This document shows positions 12,401 to 25,654 of a DNA stretch of 64,000 nt, piece after piece; the first letter of the stretch is position 1, and each line of letters begins with the position of its first letter. The DNA is from Eledone cirrhosa (Eukaryota): assembly GCA_964016885.1 (NCBI GenBank), contig OZ024742.1, positions 220,844,001 to 220,908,000 on the forward strand, read 5' to 3'. The notes below the pieces were generated by a model that saw nothing but the letters and a program-made list of their open reading frames with translations, was not told the DNA's origin and did no database searches. The position numbers and the translations under genes were made by a program.

Positions 12401-15292
12401 GGTACAATTTGGTCACAGAGTGACGTGACATGTGTTCATGATTCCGTTTCGGTGAATAACAGCGTTAACAACAATATAACCTCTAACCCATGTACTAAAG
12501 CGAATATTGATGCTGGAAATTCTATTTTTAAGCACTCTGATCCAAATCTTTACATTCAATGTGTTGCTGTTGATAAATACTGCGTCAGGCGATGTCCTAA
12601 GGGTACAATTTGGTTACAGAGCAAACAGTCATGTTTTGCTGATTCTGGTTCAGTGAGTGGAAACAATACGATTGCTGCTGATGCATGTAGTGCAGCGAAT
12701 ATTGCGGCTGCCAAATTTTATTTCACTTATTGTCATCCAAAATACTTCATACAATGTTCAGAACATGGTCAATCGTGGGTCATGCCATGTGGTAAGGGTA
12801 CAATTTGGTCACAGAATGCCTATACATGTGTTCATGATTCCAATTCGGCGAATAACAACAGTACGTTTGCTAACCCATGTACTGAAGACAATATTAAGGC
12901 TGGAAAAATTTATTTCGCTTCTTGTGACCCCAAATATTTCATAAAATGTGATAATGGTAGCATGCTGCTCAAGCTATATGCCAAGTGCAAAATTTTGACA
13001 CAGGACAACAAGACATGTGTTGATGTTAAGGAACCTAATCAGAATGCTAATCCATGTACTCAAGAAAATATTAATGCTAACAAATTTTATTTCGCTCATG
13101 TGGATAAAACAAAATATATACAATGTTCTGAACACGGCGAATCCTGGGTCAGGTCATGTGCTAAGGGTACAATTTGGTCACAGAGTGACGTGACATGTGT
13201 TCATGATTCCAACAACAATGGATATGCTTATCCATGTACTAAAGAGAATATTAATGCTAACAAATTTTATTTCGCTCATGAGGATAAAACAAAATATATA
13301 CAATGTTCTGAACACGGTGAATCCTGGGTCAGGCCATGTGCTAAGGGTACAATTTGGTCACAGAGTGACGTGACATGTGTTCATGATTCCGTTTCGGTGA
13401 ATAACAGCGTTAACAACAATATAACCTCTAACCCATGTACTAAAGCGAATATTGATGCTGGAAATTCTATTTTTAAGCACTCTGATCCAAATCTTTACAT
13501 TCAATGTGTTGCTGTTGATAAATACTGCGTCAGGCGATGTCCTAAGGGTACAATTTGGTTACAGAGCAAACAGTCATGTTTTGCTGATTCTGGTTCAGTG
13601 AGTGGAAACAATACGATTGCTGCTGATGCATGTAGTGCAGCGAATATTGCGGCTGCCAAATTTTATTTCACTTATTGTCATCCAAAATACTTCATACAAT
13701 GTTCAGAACATGGTCAATCGTGGGTCATGCCATGTGGTAAGGGTACAATTTGGTCACAGAATGCCTATACATGTGTTCATGATTCCAATTCGGCGAATAA
13801 CAACAGTACGTTTGCTAACCCATGTACTGAAGACAATATTAAGGCTGGAAAAATTTATTTCGCTTCTTGTGACCCCAAATATTTCATAAAATGTGATAAT
13901 GGTAGCATGCTGCTCAAGCTATATGCCAAGTGCAAAATTTTGACACAGGACAACAAGACATGTGTTGATGTTAAGGAACCTAATCAGAATGCTAATCCAT
14001 GTACTCAAGAGAATATTAATGCTAACAAATTTTATTTCGCTCATGAGGATAAAACAAAATATATACAATGTTCTGAACACGGCGAATCCTGGGTCAGGTC
14101 ATGTGCTAAGGGTACAATTTGGTCACAGAGTGACGTGACATGTGTTCATGATTCCAACAACAATGGATATGCTTATCCATGTACTAAAGAGAATATTAAT
14201 GCTAACAAATTTTATTTCGCTCATGAGGATAAAACAAAATATATACAATGTTCTGAACACGGTGAATCCTGGGTCAGGCCATGTGCTAAGGGTACAATTT
14301 GGTCACAGAGTGACGTGACATGTGTTCATGATTCCGTTTCGGTGAATAACAGCGTTAACAACAATATAACCTCTAACCCATGTACTAAAGCGAATATTGA
14401 TGCTGGAAATTCTATTTTTAAGCACTCTGATCCAAATCTTTACATTCAATGTGTTGCTGTTGATAAATACTGCGTCAGGCGATGTCCTAAGGGTACAATT
14501 TGGTTACAGAGCAAACAGTCATGTTTTGCTGATTCTGGTTCAGTGAGTGGAAACAATACGATTGCTGCTGATGCATGTAGTGCAGCGAATATTGCGGCTG
14601 CCAAATTTTATTTCACTTATTGTCATCCAAAATACTTCATACAATGTTCAGAACATGGTCAATCGTGGGTCATGCCATGTGGTAAGGGTACAATTTGGTC
14701 ACAGAATGCCTATACATGTGTTCATGATTCCAATTCGGCGAATAACAACAGTACGTTTGCTAACCCATGTACTGAAGACAATATTAAGGCTGGAAAAATT
14801 TATTTCGCTTCTTGTGACCCCAAATATTTCATAAAATGTGATAATGGTAGCATGCTGCTCAAGCTATATGCCAAGTGCAAAATTTTGACACAGGACAACA
14901 AGACATGTGTTGATGTTAAGGAACCTAATCAGAATGCTAATCCATGTACTCAAGAGAATATTAATGCTAACAAATTTTATTTCCCTCATGTGGATAAAAC
15001 AAAATATATACAATGTTCTGAACACGGCGAATCCTGGGTCAGGTCATGTGCTAAGGGTACAATTTGGTCACAGAGTGACGTGACATGTGTTCATGATTCC
15101 AACAACAATGGATATGCTTATCCATGTACTAAAGAGAATATTAATGCTAACAAATTTTATTTCGCTCATGAGGATAAAACAAAATATATACAATGTTCTG
15201 AACACGGCGAATCCTGGGTCAAGCCATGTGCTAATGGTACAATTTGGTCACAGAGTAACGTGACATGTGTTCATGATTCCGTTTCGGAATAA
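9429..15292 (+). CDS. Large terminal exon of a multi-domain chitin-binding (CBM14/peritrophin-A-like) protein, 31 domains
   Basis: Acceptor ttctcatttcag at 9428. The frame is open from 9431 (VQQIIKESCTQK...) to TAA at 15292. Repeated C-x9-FYF-x-H...IQC...W...C-x2-GTIW...C modules. Upstream exons were not identified. Confidence 0.85.
9600..15285 (+). repeat. Coding tandem array, 945-bp unit x6 (5 domains per unit)
   Basis: Shadow ORFs recur at 9822, 10767, 11712, 12657, 13602 and 14547 (period 945). Units are nearly identical. Confidence 0.97.
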
Positions 15293-15660
<368 letters not shown>

Positions 15661-15716
15661 TGCATTATATATATATATATATATAAATTTTCCATTATAT
15701 ATATATATATATATAC

Positions 15717-16046
15717 ACGATATTAATAAATGGAAACTATATTTATAAAACCATATTTATTTCATTATACCAAATTCAGGGATACCAAATTAAATTATGG
15801 TATGCCTTCATCAGACAAAATACAACATATAACAGTTTTACAAATAAGCTTTGACGTACCCTATTAAAATGCAACCATTGTTTTTGGAAGCCATCCGGAT
15901 AGGGTACGTCAAAGCTTATTTGTAAAACTGTTATATATTGTATTTTGTCTGATGAAGCCATACCATAATTTAATTTGGTATCCCTGAAATATGTATAATG
16001 AAATAAATATGGTTTTATAAATATAGTTTCCATTTATTAATATCGT
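15717..16046. repeat. 148-bp inverted repeat of a Penelope-type 3' tail (arms 15717-15864 and 15899-16046)
   Basis: Arms are reverse complements with a few mismatches, around a 34-bp spacer. Homologous to 7860-7975. Confidence 0.92.
15941..16005 (+). ncRNA. Minimal type I hammerhead ribozyme
   Basis: Stem I UAUUUUGU/AUGAAAUA, CUGAUGA, stem II AUACCA/UGGUAU, GAAA, near-palindromic stem III uaugua, UA cleavage site. Confidence 0.65.
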
Positions 16047-16152
16047 ATATATCTACTCCAAATACTTGTCGAGTGCTTTATATCAGTTATAAAAATATTT
16101 ACTTGTTGTATCCCAACAATTTTAAATAGAACTTTTGCATATATATATCTAT

Positions 16153-16498
16153 CTAAGGCGGGTAAAATTCCCGAGATCCATGGACGAGTTCTCTCCAGCG
16201 GTCTCTGTCCCTCATTATCGCTGCAATGTCCCGCATCTCCAACAGACCAGTGTCTGTCCTTAGGGCATCAACATACGTTAACCTTGGTCTTCCTCTTCTA
16301 GTGTGTCCATGTAGGGGCTCCCACAGGAGCACTGAGTGCAATGTCAACTCTGGATGTCGGTGAGCATGTCCAGCCAACCTCAGTCTCCTCTGTGTCACTT
16401 TTGAACTGACTTTTGGGATGCTCCCATACAGCTCTGAGTTTTTCATCCTCAATGTATACTGATTAATGTTCAGAGCCATCCTCAGCATTCTCGTGTAT
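16153..16498 (-). mobile_element. RTE/RTE-X LINE 3' fragment
   Basis: YTRMLRMALN...QRRLRLAGHAHRH...LLWEP..G..RRGRPRLTYVD. Confidence 0.8.
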
Positions 16499-16503
16499 AT
16501 ATA

Positions 16504-16642
16504 TGTATTGCAGTCTAAATTTGTTCTTGAATTCTGAGTTCAAATCCCGCGGGGGTTAACTTTACGGCTTCGATAAAATAAAGTCCTAATCAATGACTTA
16601 CTCTAATCTTCAAATTGCTGGCCTAGTGCCAAGAATAGAAAT
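16504..16642 (+). mobile_element. SINE fragment (same superfamily as 7420-7590); inverted partial copy at 15371-15427
   Basis: ctgagttcaaatcccgc...tcgataaaataaagt...ttgctggcctagtgcc. Confidence 0.65.
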
Positions 16643-18187
16643 AATGTATTATAGATACATTAATACATTCCCAGCCTTTCAGAAATAATTATTATGATTA
16701 AGATCATTTTCAAATGTCTTGAAAACTAAGTAAATATTATATTGATTAAAATCCTTTGTGAATTGTTATTTTGTCTTTAGTTGTTTTTATACTGATGATT
16801 TCCCATTTTTAATTGAAATATATTTAATTTTACTCAAATATTAACCCGCTCATGTTTCAGTGTTCATCTTTAAACGGGCATAGATTCAATTAGATTAAGG
16901 AACCTTATAAATATAATACACAAACATATATAAGGAAAGAGAGAGAGAAAAAAGAAAAAAAAACACATCGGGAATTTTCGAAGCAAGCCAACCCGTTTGC
17001 AGCATTACCGCGATTGATGGCGAGGCTAAGGCGCTGAAACAACCAAGCACCCTCGCGGGCTTCACCTGTCACCTTGGTACGGCGAGCCGCTAACGATTAC
17101 AGGATCTTCGCTGTCAGCAGTCCAGTTCAACCAAACGTTTCGAACTCCACAGGCTGGAAAAATAATTAGTTGATAGCTCCCGGTATTTTAGGATTTTATT
17201 CCATTCGACTACGGAAACAGTTGTCCTCTCATTTATCGTAACATCCAGGATGTGGGGAGGGGGTGGGTCAACGAGTCACTGACTATGGCGTCCCATATGA
17301 GACACCCAGGAACAAAGGGTAAGGTCATCTGGTCTCTTCCCATCAATTCTGGATAATCCAGCAGGTTCCAAAACTGAGTGATATTTATTCGAGCTAGAGC
17401 TTATTTAATGATCAGGTTTAACTCGGTATGGCGGGCGAAGCGACCAGTATTCAGGCGGCAAGACAAACCATGGACTCTAGGGGCCCATCCCAGCGACACG
17501 CCGGCTCCCACTCTGAGTGTAATGGAGATGCTGAGCTCGTCCAGACTGAGAAGACCACCAATGTTGGCCACAAGCAGAGCATCAATCTAATCCCTCGAGA
17601 ATTTTGCGCCTGTAGAAAGTAGGCGGCACCTTGAAAATTGATCAGAGTGATCAAAGAGAGCGTTGAAGGTATCACTCGAATGTAGATTGTCCCATACTCT
17701 CTGCTTCTATCTATCTTCATCAGTATTGGGAACTTACAAACCTAGCTATCTCCACTGTAGTAGAGTTTCATTCACCTCCCAGTTGGAACTATTCCATGTT
17801 GGAAAGAAGAGGATATTACCTACTAGAGGTGAGCAAGCGTGGATAGGGGAAAAAAAATAAAGGAAGAGACAGAGACGAGCGTTTCCACAGACCGAGATCC
17901 CCTAACCGTTAGATTAAAATATCAAGCGGACATTTGTGTGTATGTGTTTTTGAGTGTGTGTGTGTTTTTGAGCGTGCATGCGTCTGTGTACGTTTGCGCG
18001 TGTGTGTGTGCGTGAGTGTGTGTGTCTGTGTGTACTTATGGGTGTACCTATGGGTGTGTCTGTGTCTCTATATACACACACGCGCGCGCATACATACACC
18101 AACAGCACCACAAACAAAATATACACATCTCCAAGACAAACAATGCATGACCTTATAGTGACCCATGAAAAGAACCCCTTATTTCCT

Positions 18188-19510
18188 TCTTCTTCTTCTT
18201 CTTCTTCTTCTTCTTCTTCTTCTTCTTCTTCTTCTTCTTCTTCTTCTTCTTCTTCTTCTTCGCCCACTTATTCCTGGGACGGCCGTAGGGGAAGATTCCT
18301 CAAACACGCCTTCTAGCCGGTCCTGTCAGAAGCAACAGTCTCCAACTGATCCAGCTGGATCCCCAAGCGAGACCAGCCGAACTCATGGATGTTATCGAAA
18401 GATTTTGCTCGGGGTCTACACCCGGGTCTCCTGCCGGTTGGGTTTACCCGTAAAATCTGTCTAACGGTTCTTTTCTGAGAGATTCTGACCACATGTTCGT
18501 AACATTAGAGCTGAGATCTCTCTTTTTAGAGAAGTGGCAGCTCTACCTGGACCGACTCTGATCTCAGAGCCACGCTCTCAATCAAATAACGTTACTCCAA
18601 AAATCCTTCCAAGGAACACCATTTCGGCCGCATGTGTTCATGATAGTATTCTTTCGGTCATTGCCTAGGATGAAGATGTATGGCAATAGGTAAGGGTTAA
18701 CACAAATACTGAATTGAAGATAGCGAATTTGTCTTTTACACTTATCTCCCTTCTTATTACTGGATGCTGAAGCTGACGCATTGTTGCACCGGCTCTCGCA
18801 ATTCTTGCACTTAATTCAGCCTTCTGCCTTCCACCACTGGTGAACACGGTCGCGAGATACTTGAACTTCACTACCTGCTTCAGTGAAACTCCATTCATGT
18901 AGAGTGCACTACGCAGGCTTCCTTGAAAGGACGAGTATCTCAGTCTTCGTAGCACTGATTTTCATTCCTGTCATGCAGCATTTGGCATCAAACCTCTCAA
19001 GTGCATGTCGGAAATCATCTTCTAACGAGTGAAGTAATACAATTTCTTCTGCAAATTCCAGCTAACTGATCCTACACCTGCCAGTTGTGATACCAATTCC
19101 AAGCTAGATGCGCATGCCAATCCTTGGCCGAGTCCGACTCCTACATTGAATGGTTTCAATTTAGCACCATTTATCCGAACACAAATACTCGGGCATTCAT
19201 ATAGGGACATCAGGGCAACATGAAGCTGTCCATCGATCCAATACTCCTGCAGAACCTTCCACAGCAGGTCCTGTGGAACGCTACAATGCCTTTTCGAGGC
19301 CAACAAAGCAAGCATACACCTCTTGGTAGTCCTCCCACAATTTTTCAAAGACCTGCCGTAGCGTGAATATTTGACCGGCTGTGCTGCATTCGGGGCGGAA
19401 ACCGCACTGTTCATCAGCTTGCTTGAACTCAACAATCATTTTGCCACACACTTAGTATAGACTTCACCGGAGAGGCCTAACAAGGAGATCATTCTGTAAC
19501 TGGAGCAATC
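18188..19510 (-). mobile_element. RTE-clade LINE 3' portion with (GAA)n tail, decayed
   Basis: VPQDLLWKVLQEY, VRING...FNVGVG, LKQVVKFKYL, FNSVF..TLTY; (TTC)n at 18188-18260. Confidence 0.8.
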
Positions 19511-20729
19511 TCTCTTGTTGATAGACATGGACCTGCGAGTTTTGTGGGCTTCTTTGGCTTTATGTAGTTGCAGATAACTAGACGGTAATCAGTTAACATC
19601 TCATCCCCTCTCTTGACACGAACATCCATTCTTGTCCATTCTTTAGAATTCTGTTAGCCACTCTGTCATTATTCGTCAGTGAGATACACAACATCCATCC
19701 CATCGTCTTCTCCCTCTCTTTGTGCACGAATTACCACTTAATTTTCTGAATGAAACTAATTTCTATGATAATGATGATGAATAAGGTAAATAATATGAAT
19801 AGAAAATAACTTGGGTATAAGCAACGAAAGAAAAATTAGAGCGACAGACATTATACCCCATTATGGGCGGTATGTTTCAGCTACACCCCGCAAACAAAAT
19901 GGCGAAGGTATTGTCGCGGAGAATGTCGATCAAGCCCTTCTATTTGGTTATCTTCCTCTCTTCTGCATTGCGGGCGGCGGTGCCCAGTTTGCGATCAAAG
20001 CAACAAGATTGGAGGCGAAGAAAGAGTCACAAAATGTAGCGTCCCATATAAAAGATATATCTCCCTCGAAAGGGAAAATAATTATCAGGTTTAGGTGCAA
20101 CCATCACTACAGTCAACGCCAGCTAGCTCCAGTAGTCACGAGAAGTCGGTTGTGTTGAGGCTCCTTCTGATTATGAATTAACAATCACTATCACACATAA
20201 CTACCTCTTCTCATTTGGGATAGAGAGAGGGGGAGACAGACAATCATACTAGCTTATACATACAAATAAACACACGCACATAAACTCAGTATTAACCACA
20301 TACATTTACACAAATACACACACACTTATAACACCCATAAACACACTCACACGAACATTCATACATAAGCACACGCACTCAAACACACGTGTACACACAC
20401 AAACATACTCACATTCACAAAGGAAGAATAACATCAACGACACATACACCCACAAAATGCACTCCATCGGCATACACATAAAAGTACTAGTGATAGACCT
20501 GGACTCTTCGCTTTCACCTCCACCTTCACACACCGAACAACTTGTCAGCCGATTTCACCCATCCTCATAACACCTTTTTTTTTCTATCTTCCAACCTCTG
20601 CTTTCTCCAAACTTTGCTCTTTCCTGATGAAAGACTAACGTATGATGTGTTGAAACATTTAATTTTTCCTTTTCCAATAAGCGTGAAACTCATAAGACTT
20701 TGTGTTATAATATCACTGTGCTCGTTTTG

Positions 20730-20777
<48 letters not shown>

Positions 20778-20979
20778 CCAAAACCTGATTAGTTTTTTCG
20801 TTGTTTTGGTATTGTATGGTTGGGTTTTGCCTGCCGCAATTTTCAATTTGTCAACCTATCTAAACGTAAAGTTATTACTCTAAGGACCTACCCTTATTGA
20901 GTACTTTGCTACTCATTCCTAATTGTAGGTCGACTTTGCTTGGCCGCAGCCAAAGCTTCGATTTTACTAAGCTTCCACT

Positions 20980-21045
<66 letters not shown>

Positions 21046-21049
<4 letters not shown>

Positions 21050-21863
21050 AATAATGATGGCTGCGCGTTGCAAATGGTGGTGCATATGAAAAAGTAAGTC
21101 CTTCATCAGTGACCCTCCAACCGTCCCAGGCATGTCATCGCTTTAAGGGCTATATGCCTCAGGTTGGTGCGAACAACGGCTAAAAAAAGTCGTTGGGACA
21201 CGTAAATAAAGGGGACGTTAGGGTAACAAACAAAATGGTTTAAGCAACGGAAAGTGAGAAGAAATAGACAAGTCCCAGATCTCTATGAATATAAACTCGG
21301 TGAAATCGTGAACAAGAGACAAAAGACCATCAAACCTGGTTGAAATGTGAGCAAGGAAGGAATTTCGCACAGGTCTAACGGGGGGGGGGGAAAGAAGAAG
21401 AAGAAGGGGTCTGGTCTACGAATTCGGTAAACATAAGTTTTGTGAAGTCGCAGACGAAAGAGAGAGAGAGAAAAAAATTCCATACCAGCTTGACCAAGAC
21501 CGCGCGAGAAAAGAATTACACACAGGTCAAACTTGAAGGAGGAGGAGGAAAGAGGGGGAGGAGAGGTAGTGACAGAGAATGAGTGAGTGAAAGTTGAGGA
21601 GGAGGCTAACAGAGAGAGAGACTGCTCGAAAGGGTAAAAGGTACAAAGAACGAGAAAGGGTAAAAGGTAGAAAGAACGAAACAGACGGGTGGCAGCAGAA
21701 GAAAAATTATGTGTAAATATGATAATAATGATGGCTGCGCGTTGCAAATGGTGGTGCATATGAAAAAGTAAGTCCTTCATCAGTGACCCTCCAACCGTCC
21801 CAGGCATTTCATCTCTTTAAGGGCCATATGCCTCAGGTTGGTGCGAACAACGGCTAAAAAAAG
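21046..21863. mobile_element. Small non-coding element with ~143-bp direct terminal repeats inserted in (TA)n
   Basis: 21046-21190 and 21719-21863 are near-identical. The purine-rich interior has no credible ORF, and (TA)n lies on both sides. Confidence 0.6.
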
Positions 21864-21867
21864 TATG

Positions 21868-21913
<46 letters not shown>

Positions 21914-21960
21914 AAGTAAAAGCGAAGTAGTTTCAGATGTTCAAGTCCTTTAATAATAAT

Positions 21961-22033
21961 GCTGTGAGATATATTTCAATGACGACACTGGTCACACTGT
22001 TCTGTGTGCGAGTGTCGTGACATCATCAGACAG
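21961..22033 (-). ncRNA. Type I hammerhead ribozyme, pLTR copy 1
   Basis: CUGU-CUGAUGA-long stem II-GAAA-uauauc-UC-ACAG. Confidence 0.65.
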
Positions 22034-23242
22034 ATTGTTACATAATAAGGTTGTTTCCGAGGCAATCCAAATTGAATCGACATGGGAACGGATGAAGTTC
22101 GTGTTTTGGGGTTTTTCATCCGTTCCCTTGTGAGTACCAATTCACCCCCACCGGTCTGCGCAAGCGCATGTCCGAAGGAAGTTGACCATTAGCACCGCAG
22201 ATTTCAACGAAATTCGCTGTCAGTAGCCCACCTATGCCTTGCCAAAGTTTACTGCCACCCATCGCTACTGTGGCAGTCAGCCGAAAGCCAGAGGGGATGG
22301 GAGGGTGTTAGTTTTTATAGGTCATAATACTACCTTTCACTAAGCGTTGACAGTAAGACTGACCATCAACTCATAAGGGAAAATAGACTTAATTCTAGGT
22401 ACTATGGTTTTACATAGTAAGTTAAGAGTGAGAGTTGGGAATAAAAATAAAAATTAAAAGTTAAAATCCTAAATCAAATATCAGAGATTCTAAATTAAAC
22501 AATAAAGAATTCAAAAATTCTAAATTCAAAAATTTTTTTTTTTTTTCAAGTGATAATTCAGATTAAGTAAAGATATAGATTGAAGTGAGTAAATAATATG
22601 GAGAGAGATGTTTAAGTAATATGTTCTGGGAGGGATTCTAGTGTTACAGATATTGAACGGCAGTGCCGTACATTATAACGGAGGGCAAACCGCATGGTTC
22701 AAGGTATTAGTCAATCCGCTACACGGTCATACTTTCCATCACATGGAACAGAGTCAAAGAAAAACAGACATAAAGTACACAAAACAAAAGAAAAGAACAG
22801 AGACAATAGTGAATAAATACAAAAACACAGAGTACATATATGTAAAATGATCCATATGATTGTCCATCTGTCCATGTATAGATTGAATTGAGGGGGCCTC
22901 TGTTCAAAAGCGATTTGGTGCAGGAAAATAGGGGTTTATCTTATTTTTTGTTTCCGCGTATTTATCCTGCCGAAAGATACTATTACGCCCGTCCACTGTC
23001 AGGGGTTTTTCATCCCCATGGTAGAGGGGATTTCCGGGGTAGCTCTTGGTTGGTTCCTCTCTTCTCCACCATATCGGTTACATCATAGAGCGCTCAACTA
23101 ATCGGAGCTTAATTATTAGGGTAAACATTGATGCAATTCAATTCAAGCACTCAACGTACTTTTTCCACATAGGAGTGACGGAGTAAATATCGAATAAGTA
23201 AAAGCGAAGTAGTTTCAGATGTTCAAGTCCTTTAATAATAAT

Positions 23243-23316
23243 GCTGTGATATATATTTCAATGACGACACTGGCCACACTGTTCTGTGTGCGAGTGTCAT
23301 GACATCATCAGACAGC
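23243..23316 (-). ncRNA. Type I hammerhead ribozyme, pLTR copy 2
   Basis: Stem I GCUGU/ACAGC, CUGAUGA, stem II AUGACACU..CACAC/GUGUG..AGUGUCGU, GAAA, palindromic UAUAUA, UC cleavage site. Confidence 0.75.
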
Positions 23317-24268
23317 TTGTTACATAATAAGGTTGTTTCCGAGGCAATCCAAATTGAATCGACATGGGAACGGATGAAGTTCGTGCTTTTGGGTTTTTCA
23401 TCCGTTCCCTTGTGAGTACCAATTCACCCCCACCGGTCTGCGCAAGCGCATGTCCGAAGGAAGTTAACCATTAGCACCGCAGATTTCAACGAAATTCGCT
23501 GTCAGTGGCCCACCTATGCCTTGCCAAAGTTTACTGCTACCCATCGCTACTGTGGCAGTCAGCCGAAAGCCAGAGGGGATGGGAGGGTGTTAGTTTTTAT
23601 AGGTCATAATACTACCTTTCCCTAAGCGTTGACAGTAAGACTGACCATCAACTCATAATGGAAAATAGACTTAATTCTAGGTACTATGGTTTTACATAGT
23701 AAGTTAAGAGTGAGAGTTGGGAATAAAAATTAAAATTAAAAGTTGGAAAATGGGAAGACTTGAAATATGTCTAGATGTGCACTTAGTGGTATCTGTCTCG
23801 TGGTTGGATCTCGTAATTGTTGGCGATGAACTGTCATTCTGTTTCTGAGTGTGAGTTTAGTTTGTCCTATATAATCTTCATTGCATCCTTTATATTTAAT
23901 GGCATAAAGTAGATTTTTTGATGAGCAAGTGAAGTGATTTTTTACAGCAAAATTTTGTCCTGATTGAAATGTATACGTGTTGCCTTCAATGAGGTGAGTG
24001 CAGGTTCTACAATTAGAGCGACCACATTTTTTGACAGTTGGTTGTGGGTTTGTGGTAGGTAATTTGGCATTGGTGAGTAATGTTTTTAGTGATTTCGGTT
24101 GTCTTTTGCTTTGGATTATTTTGTGTGTTTCAAGGGCTTTTTTCATTATTGGGTCTTGTTTCAATAGTGGGATGTTCTTGTGAATAGTGTTGTAAGCTTC
24201 CGCATTTCTTGGGTTGTGTGTTGAGATATATGATAGAATATTGGACGTACCTTAAATTTTGTTTCTGT

Positions 24269-24758
24269 TTTAGGAGAATAGTATCGGTGTACATATATGC
24301 ATTATCAGAAATGACAATAAATGCCGGTGTGTGTTGTGACAAGGTTTTTACTTCACAGAAGTCAAATGGATTAATATAAATAAATGGTTACCCGTTGGTC
24401 ACAACTCCTAGGCTGAAGTGTGTGGAGAAGAACAGAGATCTTCTCTTGGAGGTGTTAACATCTTCTTAGGCTGCTGGTGGCATTCTTCTTGAGTGGCGAA
24501 GGAAATGAGGGAGGAATTCTTCTTCTTGATGGCGAAGGAAATGAGAAGGAATCATCTCATGACAAGGTCGCAGGTGTTGTTAACACTTTGGGATTCAAGA
24601 GGCGAGGGAGTGAGATCGCTCTGACCTGTCCCTTTTATAGGGTCCGACCGAAAGTGACAAAAAGGGTTCTGCCACCCCAACGGGAACTAACTCCAGTTAC
24701 TTCCTGTCTAGAGAGCGGTGATGTGATTGTCATGACAAGGGAGGCAACTCTTGCTACA
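24269..24758 (-). mobile_element. Gypsy solo LTR (490 bp) with 4-bp TSD CTGT
   Basis: Near-identical to the LTR at 39462-39951. CTGT at 24265-24268 and 24759-24762. Splits the Penelope ORF (…DELRKQ|KQNLR). Confidence 0.9.
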
Positions 24759-25654
24759 CTGTTTTCGTAATTCATCAATGCCTATTGCTTTAGCCCTTTC
24801 TTTTCCTTTATTTATTAGTAATGGTGGGTACTGTCTTTCGAGTAGAATTTCCTTTAATTCTTTAATTCTTTTATTTCGCGTTTCATAATTGGATGTTCGT
24901 CTTCGTGTGCTTTGGATGGTTGGAGGTGAATAGTAGGTATTGTTTGGAATCTGTTGGTTTCTAGTGTATGTCAGTTTCAACATTTGTGTCTTTTTTAAAG
25001 ATTAAGATGTCCAGAAATTGGAGTTGATCTTGGCTGTATTCCATTGTGAATTGGATGTGGTTATTGATGCCGTTAATTAAATTTTTGAAATCATTTAGTT
25101 GGTCGAGTGTGTGAGACCAAAGAATGAGACATTCATCCAAGTAGCGTTTCCAATTCTCTGATAAATATTTGTGGAAGTTCAATCCGTATTTTGATTTGGA
25201 CTGTTCATATATCTGGACTTCCAAGTATGCCATGACTAAGTTGGCATAAGTTGGAGCGGCTTTTGTACCCATCGCAGTCCCCGATATTTGCTTGTAAGTA
25301 CTGTCATGGAAATCAAAAAAGTTGTTTTGTAAAATAAATTTTAATCCCTCGGTGATGAAGCTTTTTTCTATTCTGTCAGGTATCTCATTGGGATATTTCT
25401 CTAGCCAGAATCCTATTGCTTCTAGTCCGTATTGGTGTGGGATCGTTGTGTAGAGATTCACTACATCGAAAGACACAATAATAGTGTCGTTGTTGACATA
25501 TTTGGTGAGGTGGTTTAAGAGGTCCAGATCGTCTCTTATAAGGCTTGGTATGTGTTTGAGAATTGGTTTTAGTAGTATGTCTATAAAGTTGCTTAGTCAG
25601 TGTGTTTCACATTGTGGGCCCGTTACAATTGATCTTAATTTAAGGTCTGTGGAA

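Noticed and set aside
9822-14834. Six repeated 95-aa ORFs (METIRLLL...)
   Set aside because: Alternate-frame shadows of the 945-bp coding repeat.
9600-15285. CRISPR-like regular repeats
   Set aside because: Eukaryotic coding tandem repeats with no unique spacers and no cas genes.
16980-17910. GC-richer block with short ORFs (similar block at 19800-20160)
   Set aside because: Probably old repeat relics, but no recognisable motif; left unannotated.
21100-21170. SECIS element in the direct repeat hairpin
   Set aside because: Quartet and helix spacing do not fit, and no UGA-containing ORF is linked.
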